This document shows positions 37,741 to 50,740 of a DNA stretch of 64,000 nucleotides, one piece after another; position 1 is the stretch's first letter; each line of letters begins with the position of its first letter. This DNA is from Stegostoma tigrinum (Eukaryota), in the NCBI RefSeq assembly GCF_030684315.1, contig NC_081373.1, positions 17,585,989 through 17,649,988 on the forward strand. The letters are read 5' to 3'. The translations under genes and the position numbers were made by a program. A model generated the notes under the pieces. It made no database searches and was not told where the DNA came from. It was given only the letters and a program-made list of their open reading frames with translations.

Positions 37741-39339
37741 AATGTTATAGCACAGAAGCCCATTTGATTCATCAAGTCTCTGCTGCCTCTTTGGTTAATC
37801 TGTGTATATTATCCTAAATTTGGGCCTTTGCTGAGCAGTGACTCACAGAATAAGGAAAAAAAATGTTATGAAATTGCTCATTGCCCATCACTAAAATATT
37901 TCTATGAATTCCAAATAAACCACTTAGTTTCTCCTTCCCCAAGAAGAACTGCTGGAACTTTGCTACATGTTACTATAGAAATTTGTCACTATCTTTACAT
38001 CGTCAAAGAGATATTCCACCCAGAACGTGTGGGCATCACACAATTGTTCAAGATTTTACAACAATATAAGAATATGGTTTACTAAAACAGCTGTAGCAAA
38101 ATATCAATGCTGAATGCAAATTTTTCCTGTTATCTTTGTTTAACAACAGGCAAGGAAGATTTCATCTATTCTATATGGCATAATCATAAATGCATTTTAT
38201 AAAGAATTCATTTATGATTTTGCCACACATTGTGAAAACCTTTCCTGTTTGTTATCTTTACTTATCAGAAGAGTCAAGAGTCCTACACGTTATAAACAAT
38301 AGCATAGTGTGCAGATCAAACTGGCAAGAGACAAGGCTGCATTTGGAATCAGAGCAGATGGGCCTGTAAACTAATGAGGAACAAATGCTCAAATGGCACA
38401 TTTTGCTATATTATTTTTTCTCTCTGTCTTTTATGGCATTAAAAACAGTTTTGCTGTCAATTTCTACAGCCCAGAGAAAGGCATGCCCAGCATCTCACCT
38501 GCCATTTTAGTTCAAAATGCTTCAGGGCAATGGGCCGTTCCAGCACAGCTGGCTTTCCCTTCTCACAAGGATATAAAATAAATCTATTCTGTGGGTAGTG
38601 TGCTTTGGAGTGTGTGGGCATATCTGTGCCCATTTGTGTGATAGGAGGAATTAGTTTGCAAGGGTCAGCAATGAGTCTGTACTTGACAACAGAAGCAATG
38701 CAGCAACACCAGTTTTCTGCTCTAACAAAAAGGTATGGAGTCCCCACAGATGTACACTTGTTGTTGTCACAGGAAAGGAGCATGATCCAGACAAATTTGT
38801 CAATGCCATACAAAAGGAAAGTTGTCAAAGTTACTTGCTGTAAAGTTAAGGATTAAGTCTAATAATGGTAACTGAACATGTGTGTAAGGAGTTTTGTCAT
38901 AATGATGTGAAATCACATGGAACTGGAGTAGAGTGTTTCACAGGTGTCCTCTCTTACCATGCCCTGGACCAACGGTCTCTACTTAAAAAAGGGTGGTGTT
39001 GTTCACTGAATGGACTACCTTCTGTCAATGGCCCAGAGCTAAATCTTTCCACATGGCGGTAAACACTGACCAGACACACACAACTATCAGCAAGCGAACA
39101 TCTGAAGTGAAGCCCAGAGACTGAACAGTGCAGTGATGACAGACAGAGGCAGCCTTGAAATTTGACTGCAGGAAAGGGGGGCAGTGGCAAACTCAAAGAG
39201 AAGCCCAGCATCAATTAGGAGCAACAGGCAAAGGACTGTGTGAACAATCCAGTTACTAGAACATGGATGGCAAAGATGCCTGCATCGCACTGACAAGGTG
39301 TGACAAAGTGAAATGCTTTCTGCTGCTGTAAGTCACACC

Positions 39340-39600
39340 TTGTGATGGAAAAAGCTTTGCCTTTCCCAGAGACCCTGGATCATACATAGCACCTTGGCCA
39401 GAATGTGTATTGGATCATCTGGTACCATAAATTTAGCAGATACCACACTGCCTCAGGCCTCAATGTAAAGACCAACAAATACCAGTTTAGTGCACTGTTG
39501 TATGCAGTTGGCAGCAATGCTTTTAGCACTCTCATCCGACAGGGTGTAGAAGCAGCAGTTGTCATGTACCACAACATCACGAAATGATTTGTACACTTGT
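39340..39600 (+). mobile_element. Ty3/Gypsy gag N-terminal remnant
   Basis: ORF 39405-39587 reads W..KFSRYHTASGLNVK....QFSALLYAVG, resembling the fish Gypsy gag start (W..RF.RYR.ASGL....Q...LLY.MG). Confidence 0.6.
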
Positions 39601-39624
39601 ACTCCTATTTTAGTTTAAAGTGAT

Positions 39625-40400
39625 TGGATGAAATTTAATTCTGAGGGACAGCATTGACCACCATTTGGCCAGGCAAAGATTAATAAAGAATAGAACTTCG
39701 TAAGGGGAAGATAATATCTAACAAATTTGAAATTTTTGAGGAGGTGACTAGGTATGTAGATGAGAGTAATGCAGTTGATGTAGTCTGCGCAGAGCTCAGT
39801 AAGGCTTTTGACAAGGTTCTGCACATACAGATTTAGAAGATTGGAGTCCATGGAATCCAGGGGAATTCGGCAAATTGGATCCAAAATTGGCTGAGTGGCA
39901 GGAAGAAGAGGGTGATGATTGAAGGGTGATTTTGGGACTGGAAACCTGTGATAAGTGCTGGATCCCTTGCTGTTTGCAGTGTACATTATAACTCCTGCAT
40001 TCATATCCAAATCATTAATCAGTAAGTTTTCAAATGACACAAAAATTGGTTGCATGGTAAGTAGCAGGAGAAAAACCTTAGACAATTGAATAATATAGAG
40101 AGCCTGGTCAGGTGGGCTCGTACATGGAATTCAGTTCTGAAAAGTGTGAGGTGATGCTTTTCGGAAGGACTAACACAGCAAAGGAGTGCACATAGACTAG
40201 AAGGAATTCTAGGAAGTACAGAGGATCTGAGGGACTATGGGGAGGATGTGATTACAGGAGAGAGGGTGCAGAAGAGTTTCACCAGGATGTTGCCTGGGCT
40301 GGAGTGACTCAGCTGTCAAGAGAGACCAAAATGCTGGCGTTGTTTTCCTTAAAGCTGAGGAGACTTGGGAGGGATCTAACTGAGGTGCGTAAAGGGTAGA
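39625..40400 (+). mobile_element. Degraded CR1 RT fragment
   Basis: DNA encodes decayed LTNL..FEEVT..VD...AVDVV...SKAFDKV, WIQNWL, ISKFSNDTKIG and RVQKSFTRMLPGLE. Confidence 0.85.
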
Positions 40401-40579
40401 TGCTTAAAGGAAAATATATTGAAAATGATTACACAGTGTGGAGCTGGAGGAACACACTGGGCCAAACTTGAGGGAACTCATGGCACCTTTATGCATAAGT
40501 CAATCATTTTCACTTCTGGTATAATTTTTGTGAACTATGTGGCTTCCCTTACAAGCCCAAGTCTCCCATTTGATCCTAA

Positions 40580-40935
40580 CCCATCCACCATCCTAAACAC
40601 ACATTCCCTCCATTATTGGTGCACAGTGGCAGCAGTGTGTACCCATCTGCAATGCACTGCAGGAACTCACCTAGCTTCTTTGACAGCACTTTCCAAATCT
40701 GTGTGCTCTCCCGTTGAGAAATACAAGGGAAACAAACGTGGGTACACCATCTTCTGCAAGTTATTTCACCCGATGGATTGGAGCAATGTGCCTTATTTTT
40801 ACGGCCACAGGGTCAAAATGTTGGAACTGCCTTCCTAATTGCGTGGTGTATCTACATCAGATGCCATCTAAGGATGGGAAATGAAAGCTGGCCTTGCCAG
40901 CCATGCTCACATCCCATGAGAAAATCGGAAAAAAA
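40580..40935 (+). mobile_element. CR1/L2-group LINE (second lineage) 3' fragment
   Basis: NTHSLHYWCTVAAVCT...; tail ggatgggaaatgaaagctggccttgccagccatgctcacatcccatga. Confidence 0.7.
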
Positions 40936-43119
40936 AGACTCACCCTCCTTAGCAAGGGTTTGCAGCAAGTAGCTCATGTTACATATTGCAGATATTTTCA
41001 TCAACCTGTTTATCATTTTCATCAACCTTGCAACACAGCTCTGGAGTAGGTGGGTCTGATGCTTAGGCCTTGTAGCCCCAAGGTCGGGGCACCACAACTG
41101 CACTATAAGAGGCCTATGCTACACAAGTTTTATTTTTGAATTGTTTGGCATCAAATTAAAACAGCTCATCAAGTGGAAATAAGCCATTTGCCACTTGTTA
41201 ATGACTGATGTATTGCATGTTAACAGTGTTACAAAATTAGACTGCGATGTGAGGCATGAGTGTGAGTTTAACGCTTCACTGAAGTAACTTCTTGTGAGAA
41301 TGGCATAGATAGTGGGTTCCAAAATTAAATTACCCATGGCTATGGACCGTTGAAAAACCTAGACTAAAGTGGTCTTGAAAAATGCAATACATCAATAAAA
41401 ATGAGGAGGCTTGCTAAGAAGTGTTGAAAGCGTATCGGTGACCAATCCGAACATGAGTTGTTACCTGAGGGGGTAAAAAACAAAATAAATCACTGAACAA
41501 GAAATGAGAGAAGGAAGAAGCAGATTCCTTCACTTTCTGTGTTTTTTTTGCATATTTTCACTTAATGCTTTGTCATTCTTTTTGTAAAACACCAGCTATA
41601 TTTTACAGACTAATCTTAAGAATGCTACTTGCAAGCAAGGCAATGACATATTCACTGCAAAACACATACTTGCCATGTTAGGAGGCAATCAGTTTGGTGG
41701 AACTGAGGACCAGTGTTGAGCTGACTGCGGTTGTTCATTCCAAAAGTGACCCTGTGTTGTCATTCTATTTAACAACATTGCACCCCAAGAAAATTTTATA
41801 GCTGTGCATTATTAATAAAGAGTGATGGAAACTGATATTTATCAACATTTCTTTTATTTTAAAACATTTTAACGGCAAAGGTTGTTTTCATCACTCCTAG
41901 ACCCACATTCTTCTGTAGTTTCTAGAAAACAGAATATTGTTAAAAGAAAAATATCACAAAGTGCAGTTTCTTTGTCATGAGAGCTTTTTGTTTGAATGTT
42001 TGTGATTGGTTGGATCACTGTCTGCCAACTGTAAACGCTAACAGCCATGAGGACATTGCTGGTGATTTCACTGTATATATGGTCAGGAGGTACAGTCTGG
42101 ATCACTGCAGAGAGCAGGCACTTATAAAGCTGGACCAGGGAGGTTGGTCCCTTGCATTTTTATTTAGCTGTTGTAGAATGTGACTAGCTGGATAGCGCGC
42201 AGCACATTACGAAAAGGTTGAGGGGTCGAAATTCCTTTGTGTGTTTGAGTTAATAGAGTAAGTTTTGTTTGAAAGTACAGCAGCGTGAATGTAATCGGAA
42301 GCCGCAACTGGGATTCAGCACTAAATCTTCAACTTTCTCAGGAAAGGGAGGGAGGCTGTCTGTAGCTGCAGCCAGCATATTTCTGCCAGTGACAGCGATA
42401 CTGTTTGCAAGAAAGACAGAAAAAAAAGTTTATTAAATTAGCTCCTCATGCCTCTTCAATCACAGAATGTGGGGTTAGCTGATTTATATCCTGTGTCCAT
42501 TTGGTAGCCATAGTTTATAATAACCTTGATTATCAATAATCCGATTTTCTTAGATTTAACATGACAAATTGAACTTGCAGTATCTACTGCTTTTTGTGGA
42601 AGAGGGATTCATGTATTGAAAATCCTTTTGTGTAAAGAACAGACTTCTAAATTCCCTCTTCAATGACTTGGCTCTGATTTTAAGGTTCTTTTGCCCTCAA
42701 CTTCTCCACCAGCAGAAAAAAAATAATTTTCAATATCCTAAAAGCCTAACAATTTGTGTTCTTGTGAGATCTTTCATGTCCTGTCTCAATAGTTCCCACA
42801 GTTAATTGAGTATTTTTGAGGTCCAGTCATTGTTGTAATCCAGCCAAACACAACAGATATTTGTGCATAGCAAGATTGCACAAGCAATAATTTAATTGGC
42901 CAAATAATCCATCATATTGGAGCAAATTGAGGAGGGAATGTTATCTTAACATTCCGGAGAGCTGCTGGACGCTTCTTGCCTGATGTAGTTTTGACCTTCC
43001 AGCCTGAAAATTTGCGGGCGGAGGGGTCTCTGAAATGTTGGACCACAACTCCCATGGAGAAATGAAATCTCAAGCTAGAATGTGTGTACAGATGTGACAC
43101 CAAACACAATGTTTGAAGA

Positions 43120-43328
43120 GATAACAAAGTGTAGAGCTGGATGAACACAGCAGGCCAAGCAGCATCTTAGGAGCACAAAAGCTGACGTTTTGGGCCTATG
43201 ATGACGGGTTTAGGCCTGAAATGTCAGCTTTTGTGCTCCTAAGATGCTGCTTGGCCTGCTGTATTCATCCAGCTCTACACTTTGTTATCTCGGATTCTCC
43301 GGCATCTGCAGTTTCCATTATCTCTGAT
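43120..43328 (-). mobile_element. Fold-back PLE family-1 (sister subfamily) insertion with 14-bp TSD
   Basis: Inverted arms meet at the HHR. TSD acaatgtttgaaga at 43106-43119 and 43329-43342. Diagnostic variant gctctacactttgttatc. Confidence 0.9.
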
Positions 43329-43919
43329 ACAATGTTTGAAGATGCAATATTGCAACCATTAAATCAAGGCTGGTATTTGAACAGGAACCTGTGCCTCAAC
43401 AGCATGTGGTCGATGGTGGCATCTCCTGGAAGCAGCATTGTAACTATATAAAAACAACATTAGCACGTTGACAGGAGTGGAAGTAATGAGAGTACTCCAT
43501 TTTCCTGTTGGTTACATTCACATAACAGTCAAGGACATGGTAGAGATCAGAAGTTGTGATTTATTGCTGTCGAACTCAGGTAACAGTTGGCCTTTTCCTG
43601 CAAGCCAACGAGAACATTAAAATCAGCATCCCTTGCTGCAGAACAGCCTCACAGACACTTTGGAAAAATGTCACACCTGATATAAGCTATGGAATGCATC
43701 AGCTATACCTTAAGGATAATTCCAGCTCCACTATTCATGTTAACCTAACATCTATCTGCTTATTTCAGCATTAGGTAAGAGATATTGTTGATTCCTATGA
43801 GACAGTAGCTAGATCAAAACTACATGATTACAAACTAGAGTTAAACTGAACACTGACTAGCTCCACCCGGAGACTGCCATATTAGTGGTGGAGTTAAAAT
43901 ATGTCCAGCATTAACCCAT

Positions 43920-44236
43920 GGCAGCACAGTGGCTCAGTGATTAGCACTGCAGCCTCACAGCAGCAGGGACCCGGGTTCGATTCCAGCCTCAGGTAACTGT
44001 CTGTGCGGAGTTTGCACATTCTCCCCATGTCTGCGTGGGTTTCCTCTGGGTGCTCCAGTTTCCTCCCACAGTCCTAAGATGCGCAGGCTAGGTGGATTGG
44101 CCATGCTAAATTGTCCCAAAGTGTTCAGGGGTATGTGGGTTATAGGGGGTTGAGTCTGGGTGGGATGCTCCAAGGGGCGGCGTTGTTGGGCCGAAGGGCC
44201 TGTTTTCACACTGTAGGGAATCTAATCTAAAAAAAA
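43920..44236 (+). mobile_element. HE1 (V-SINE), full length
   Basis: A-box tggctcagtga, B-box ggttcgattcc, V-domain and tail gggaatctaatctaaaa. Confidence 0.92.
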
Positions 44237-44629
44237 CCCTGTCAGGCCAACTGCCTGTTGGGTTTTGACTTGCAGCAGATGTGTGATATACCTCTCAGGG
44301 ACATGCTCAAGATGCCATTGTCGTATCATGGCATGTGAGCTATTGGTACAAACCTCTCAGTCTCCATCTTATTGCTCTGTCCTCTTGCAGCATGGCACAC
44401 TGACAGAAGATTGTTGCAGTGTATCCAAATTGCCTTGGGTGAGCCCAGAAGTGCAATTTCCTGTGATTATTAGATACATTTGTAAATACCAGGAGCTTTA
44501 AAAAAATGTCCATTACATTGTCAAGAAAAATGTGATACGCATTGTGTCCTTATGTTACTGGTGCTAAGGTAAGTATCACAGAGTGATAGTTGCAGATCAT
44601 TAGTACATCTTACCACAACACAGACCTTT

Positions 44630-45066
44630 CAACAACACTCAAGAAATTTGACACCATCCAGGACAAAACAGCCCACTTGATTGGCACCACATCCACAAGC
44701 ATTCACTCCCTCCACCACCGATGCTCCGTAGCAGCAGTGTGTACTATCTACACTGCACTGCAGAAATTCACCAAAGGTCCTCAGACAGCACCTTCCAAAC
44801 CGACGATCACTTCCATTTAGTAGGACTAGGGCAGCAGATGTATGGGAACACCACCACCTTCCCCTCCAAGTCACCCAAGTTCCTGACTTGGAAATGTATT
44901 GCCGTTCCTTCACTGTTGCTGGGTCAAAATCCTGGAATTCCCTCCCTAACGGCATTGTGGGTCAACCTGCAGCTGGAGGGAGGACTGCAGCGGCTCAAGA
45001 AGGCAGCTCACCACCACCTCCTCAAGGGCAACTAGGGATGGGCAAGAAGAATGAATTTTTAAAAAT
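44630..45066 (+). mobile_element. CR1/L2-group LINE (second lineage) 3' end
   Basis: TLKKFDTIQDKTAHLIG...IHSLHHR; RSFTVAGSKSWNSLPNGIVG; KKAAHHHLLKGN then tail. Confidence 0.85.
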
Positions 45067-45269
45067 GTGAAGGGTAGCATTCCATGTGTAATGGTATGCA
45101 ATCAGTGAAGACAATATGGATGGCTAACTATTTTAGATGCGTGGGAGCAGGATGGCAGGAGTGGCACAAATTGGAAGCACACTTTAAATATACAGAGCTG
45201 TATCAGGTTTCAATGAAGTTTTACGTCTATTTATACAGGTATTTTATCCACGTCCTGGTATGATGGTAG

Positions 45270-45870
45270 TGGAGTAGGGCTTCTGTGCCCACGGCTCATC
45301 AGCTCTGCCCACTTTTCATTTCTTTTTATCTCTCTTTTCTCTTTCGTTTGACTGACCTCTTGCTGAAGAGCTCGGTTGCGGCGACAGCACAGAGCCGACC
45401 CAACAGAGCTCCGGCTCCTGCTCCTGCTCCCGCTGGCGGCGTCTCGGAGAGCTTTGGGCTCTCAGCACCTTACCTGCTCGGCGAGATGGTCCTAGTGCCG
45501 ACTCATGTCCGCTGCGCTTCTGTGTCCAGCGTAGATTCACGGAGGCGGCAGGACGAGACCCGGCGGGATCAGCAGCGGCTGCATTGAGGTGGGCACGAAG
45601 TCGACTCATGGCAATAGTGGAGTCGGGTTGCCGCTGCATTGGCGAGGTCCATCAGGGACTCAGAGTGGCAAAGGCGTTGGTGAAGGCGAGTGGCCACCGA
45701 AGAGTGACCACTTTCATTCCAGCCGCAGTGGCACAGAATTACAGATCTCACATTGTTGGACTTCGCACTTGTAGGTTATCTGTTCAGACCAAGAACTTAG
45801 CAATTCTTTCATACTGCCGGACAGCTCATTCATACCTTTTAGCAGAGTTTAAATTAATATGGTTTTAAGG
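45270..45870 (+). mobile_element. GC/CpG-rich non-autonomous element related to 9600-11150
   Basis: A pyrimidine-rich leader precedes the 31-nt block shared with 10958-10988 (inverted); the CpG-rich body stands out from its surroundings. Confidence 0.4.
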
Positions 45871-46170
45871 TGCCAAGTTTAAATTGGGATATTCGCACAG
45901 ATAACAATGAGGGTATAAAGCAGCCGCTATCACGTTTTTTTAAGTGACATCGTCTGCACACCAATGTTCTAACTAAATAATTGCTCGTACTTAATATCTG
46001 ATCCTGATTCGTTACTGATAAGGCAGCCTATGTTTTATTTTGGCTTTTGTTCCTTTAGCGTTTTCCTTGAGGTTAGTTTTTTTTTGAATATCACCCAGCT
46101 ACAGTACATATGTAAATACCTGGAGCTTAATACAATCAAACAGAGGCAACATGGATAAGTGAAAGGGAAA

Positions 46171-46849
46171 TCATAGAACATTACAGCCCCTTCGGCCCTC
46201 GATGTTGTGCCAACCTGTCATACCGATCTCAAGCCCATCTAACCTACACTATTCCATGTACGTCCATATGCTTATCCAATGATGACTTAAATGTACCTAA
46301 AGTTGGCGAATCTACTACCGTTGCAGGCAAAGCGTTCCATTCCCTTACTACTCTGAGTAAAGAAACTACCTCTGACATTTGTCCTATATCTTTCACCCGT
46401 CAATTTAAAGCTATGCCCCCTTGTGCTCGCCATCACCATCCTAGGAAAAAAGCTCTCCCTATCCACCCTATCTAATCCTCTGATTATTTTATATGTTTCA
46501 ATTAAGTCATCTCTCAACCTTCTCTCTGATGAAAACAGCCTCAAGTCCCTCAGCCTTTCCTCATAAGACCTTCCCTCCATACCAGGCAACATCCTAGTAA
46601 ATCTAGTATCAGAGATAATGGGAACTGCAGATGCTGGAGATTCCAAGATAATAAAATGTGAGGCTGGATGAACACAGCAGGCCAAGCAGCATCTCAGGAG
46701 CACAAAAGGGTGCTGATGAAGGGTCTAGGCCCGAAACGTCAGCTTTTGTGCTCCTGAGATGCTGCTTGGCCTGCTGTGTTCATCCAGCCTCACATTTTAT
46801 TATCCTAGTAAATCTCCTCTGCACCCTTTCCAAAGCTTCCACATCCTTC
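46171..46849 (-). mobile_element. CR1/HER1 LINE 3' fragment (same subfamily as 14964-15464), interrupted by a PLE hairpin
   Basis: RFTRMLPGMEGRSYEERLRDLRLFS...GSFFTQ; catagaacattacagc tail. Confidence 0.9.
46605..46801 (+). mobile_element. Fold-back PLE family-1 insertion with 14-bp TSD inside CR1
   Basis: Inverted arm followed by ctgatgaagggtctaggcccgaaacgtc...ttttatt. TSD atcctagtaaatct at 46591-46604 and 46802-46815; the CR1 reading frame shows the empty site had one copy. Confidence 0.95.
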
Positions 46850-46854
46850 ATGTT

Positions 46855-47790
46855 CGACAAAAATTCTAGGGTTCTTTGAGAACAATACATTGATAAAGGG
46901 AAACTCAGAAATGTAATGGTATTTGGATTGCTAAAAGGCACTTATCAGGTGCCACTTAAAAGGTTACTGCACAAGATAAGAACTCATCATATTGGGGGTA
47001 ATATGTTAGCAAGAATTGAGGACTGGTTAACACATGGAAAACAGAGACTTAGGATTTATGGGCCTTTTTCAGACTGGAAAGATGTAACTAATGGAGGCAC
47101 AAGGATCAATCCTAAGGTTTTGGTTATTTACTATCTATGGTAATAACTTGGAGGTGGGGTCAGAATATAGTGCATCCAAATTTACTGATGAGGCAAAAAT
47201 AGGTGTTGAGACCATATTGTGATGAGGACATAAGGAATGTGTGCGGGGATATTGATAGGTTGAAAGAGTGGGAAAAAACTTGGCAGATGAAGTTTAACAT
47301 ACAAAAATCAGAGGCCATGCAGTTTTGTGGGAAGAATCAAAAGGCAGACTATTATTTAAATAGAAAGAGACTCTGAAAAAGTGAGATCTCGCTGTTCTTC
47401 AGTGTGACAACAAAAACCAGTATGCAAGTCCAACAGCTTTGTTTGACAACACAGGCTTTCAAAGCCTCACTTCTTCTGATGGTGTTACCTGAAGAAGGAG
47501 CGAGGATCCGAAGGCTTGTGTTTTCAAATAAACCTGTTGGGCTGTAACTTGATGTCGTGTGATGTCCAAACCAGTCCAACACTGGCACTTCCACATCAAG
47601 AAAGGTGAGATCACGGAAAGTATTCAAAGAGGAGGTAGACAGATTTTGAAAACATTGGGGAGTTGACAGCTCTCAAGAAATAGCATGAAAGAGAAGTTGA
47701 GGCCTGGGACAGATCAACCATGATCTTGTAGAATGGTGGGGCAGGCTTGAAGGGCTGAATAGCCTATTCTTCTCTTATTTCTTATGTTCC
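46855..47790 (+). mobile_element. Degraded CR1 RT fragment and 3' end
   Basis: VPLKRLLHKIRTH.IGGNML..IEDWL...KQR; SKFTDEAKIG; WQMKFN; tail ggcttgaagggctgaatagcctatt...ttcttatgttc. Confidence 0.8.
47408..47598 (+). mobile_element. Fold-back PLE-derived insertion, HHR family 3 (degenerate)
   Basis: tac-CTGAAGA-A-ggagcgaggatcc-GAAG-gc-tt-gtg at 47486-47520, with an inverted decayed copy immediately upstream (gtccaacagctttgtttg...cacaggctttc). Confidence 0.65.
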
Positions 47791-48212
47791 CGGGTTTTGC
47801 AGATACACAGCACGTACTGACAACTATAACAATGCCCTTCCAGTTTTGGTTATTCTTTTGGTCACTGGTGGGTTGTAAGTCCCTGTCATAGAACACTAAG
47901 GGGAGTGTCTTCTGTTCTGGCACCCGATGCTGATTGGAGCTCTGAAGTTAATCTTCCCCCTTGTGTTTTCCCTCCCCCTCCCCACCCCGATGATCCACAC
48001 GCAATTCTGTATCCTCTTAGTCTTTGTGTTCCCTGCCTTCAGTCATGCAGACGACGCAATGACCACTTCTTCTCACGGCCCTGCTGGGTCAAAAGAATTG
48101 CTGGACATTTGATTTTCTGCCAGCTCTCAAAGAATCTCGACAGTGTAGAAGGAGGACATTCAGCCCATTGAGTCTGTGCCAACCCTCCAAAGAGCATTGA
48201 CATATAGTGGAG

Positions 48213-48312
48213 GTGGTGGTGTAATTGTAAAGTTACTAGACTAGGAGACCGGGCTAATAGGGACATAGGTTTGAACCCCACCATGGTAAGATGGTGGGAT
48301 TTGAGTTTGATT
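48213..48312 (+). mobile_element. 5' fragment of tRNA-derived SINE (58237 family)
   Basis: gtggtggtgtaattg...actagactag...ggtttgaacccca...agatggtgggatttgagtt. Confidence 0.5.
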
Positions 48313-48483
48313 AAGTGTTGTAACTCTTGGGGGGTATTTTGGGGGGGAGAGGGGGCTGGTGTTTCCTCCGCAGTGAAGTGGAAGGCAAATTAACGAATGG
48401 CCAGACTGCAGTAAGATGGGAGACAATAAAATGTGAGGCTGGATGAACACAGCAGGCCCAGCAGCATCTCAGGAGCACAAAAG

Positions 48484-48515
48484 CTGACGTTTCGGGCCTA
48501 GACCCTTCTTCAGAG
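48484..48515 (-). ncRNA. Minimal type I hammerhead motif in the PLE pseudo-LTR
   Basis: Minus strand reads CU-CUGAAGA-A-GGGUCUAGGCCC-GAAA-CG-UC^AG, identical to the array HHR except at variable position 7. Confidence 0.75.
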
Positions 48516-48742
48516 AGGGGGATGGGGTGAGGGAACTGCAATAAATAGGGAGAGAGGGGGAGGCGGACCGAAGATGGAGAGAAAAGAAGATAGGTGGAGA
48601 GGAGAGTATAGGTGGGGAGGTAGGGAGGGGATAGGTCAGTCCAGGGAAGACGGACAGGTCAATGAGGTGGGCTGAGGTTTGTAGGTAGGAGATGGAGGTG
48701 CAGCTTGGGGTGGAGGAAGGGATGGGTGAGAGGAAGAACAGG

Positions 48743-50740
48743 TTAGGGAGGCAGAGACAGGCTGGGCTGGTTTTGGGATGCAGTGGGTGGAGGGGAAGAG
48801 CTGGGCTGGTTGTGTGGTGCAGTGCGGGGAGGGGACGAACTGGGCTGGTTTTGGGATGCGGTGGGGGAAGGGGAGATTTTGAAGCTGGTGACGTCCACAT
48901 TGATACCATTGGGCTGCAGGGTTCCCAAGCGGAATATGAGTTGCTGTTCCTGCAGCCTTCGGGTGGCATCATTGTGGCACTGCAGGAGGCCCATGATGGA
49001 CGTGTCATCTAAAGAATGGGAGGGGGAGTGGAAATGGTTTGCGACTGGGAGGTGCAGTTGTTTATTGCGAACCAAGGGGAGGTGTTCTGCAAAGCGGTCC
49101 CCAAGCCTCCACTTGGTTTCCCCAATGTAGAGGAAGCCACACTGGGTACAGTGGATGCAGTAAACCACATTGGCAGATGTGCAGGTGAATCTCTGCTTAA
49201 TGTGGAAAGTCATCTTGGGGCCTGGGATAGGGGTGAGGGAGGAGGTGTGGGGGCAAGTGTAGCATTTCCTGCGGTTGCAGGGGAAGGTGCTGGGTGTGGT
49301 GGGGTTGGAGGCCAGTGTGGAGCGACAAAGGGAGACACGGAGAGAGTGGTCTCTCCGGAAAGCAGACAGGGGTGGGGATGGATAAATGTCTTGGGTGGTG
49401 GGGTCGGATTGTAGATGGCGGAAGTGTCGGAGGATGATGCGTTGTATCCGGAGGTTGGTGGGTTGGTGTGTGAGAATGAGGGGGATCCTCTTTGGGCGGT
49501 TGTGGTGGGGGTGGGGTGTGAGGGATGTGTTGCGGGAAATGCGGGAGACGCGGTCAAGGGCGTTCTCGACCACTGTGGGGGGAAAGTTGCGGGCCTTGAA
49601 GAACTTGGACATCTGGGATGTGCGGGAGTGAAATGCCTCATCGTGGGAGCGGATGCGGCGGAGGCGGAGGAATTGGGAATAGCGGTTGGAATTTTTGCAG
49701 GAGGGTGGGTGGGAGGAGGTGTATTCTAGGTAGCTGTGGGAGTTGGTGGGCTTGAAATGGACATCAGTTACAAGCTGGTTGCCTGAGATGGAGACTGAGA
49801 GATTCAGGAAGGTGAGGGATGTGCTGGAGATGGCCCAGGTGAACTAAAGGTTGGGTTGGAAGGTGTTGGTGAAGTAGATGAACTGTTCGAGCTCCTCTGG
49901 GGAGCAAGAGGCGGCGCCGATACAGTCATCAATGTACCGGAGGAAGAGGTGGGGTTTGGGGCCTGTGTAGGTGCGGAAGAGGGACTGTTCCACGTAACCT
50001 ACAAAGAGGCAGGCATAGCTGGGGCCCATGCGGGTGCCCATGGCCACCCCCTTAGTCTGTAGGAAGTGGGAGGAATCGAAAGAGAAGCTTTTGAGGCTGA
50101 GGACGAGTTCGGCTAGGCGGATGAGGGTGTCGGTGGAGGGGGACTGGTCGGGCCTGCGGGACAGGAAGAAGCGGAGGGTCTTGAGGCCATCTGCATGCGG
50201 AATGCAGGTGTATAGGGACTGCACGTCCATGGTGAAAATGAGGTGTTGGGGGCCAGGGAATTGGAAGTCCTGGAGGAGGTGAAGGGCGTGGGCGGTGTCA
50301 TGGACGTAGGTAGGGAGTTCCTGGACCAAAGGGGAGAAAATGGAGTCCAGATAGGTGGAAATGAGTTCGGTGGGGCAGGAGCAGGCTGAGACGATGGGTC
50401 GACTAGGGCAGGCAGGTTTGTGGATTTTGGGAAGGAGATAGAAACGGGCCGTGCGGGGTTGGGGAATAATGAGGTTGGAGGCTGTGGGTGGGAGGTCCCC
50501 TGAAGTGATGAGATCATGAATGGTGTTGGAGATGATGGTTTGGTGCTCAGGTGTGGGGTCATGATCGAGGGGGCGGTAGGAGGTGGTGTCGGAGAGTTGG
50601 CGTCTGGCCTCGGCGATGTAGAGGTCAGTGCGCCATACTACCACTGCGCCACCCTTGTCTGCGGGTTTGATGGTGAGGTTGGGGTTGGAGCGGAGGGAGC
50701 GGAGGGCTGCCTGTTCTACGGGGGAGAAGTTGGAGTGGGT
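48743..50740 (-). pseudogene. PLE reverse transcriptase / GIY-YIG endonuclease ORF (5'-truncated, one internal nonsense codon)
   Basis: RT motifs KPADKGGAVVV, LLPKIHK, RPIVS, TMDVQSLYT, GVAMGTRMGPSYA, LRYIDD; GIY-YIG motif NVVYCIHC..CG.LYIGET..RL..RF.EH. ORFs 49844-50644 and 48743-49612 are in the same frame, separated by TAG at 49844-49846. Confidence 0.93.
48762..48870. repeat. 3 x 39-bp in-frame repeat at the end of the PLE ORF
   Basis: ctgggctggtt starts at 48762, 48801 and 48840; encodes PTASQNQPSSSPP-like repeats. Confidence 0.8.

Noticed and set aside
43920-43990. tRNA-like sequences with A/B boxes (also 13296, 19423, 58237)
   Set aside because: These are SINE heads continuing into SINE bodies, not standalone tRNA genes.
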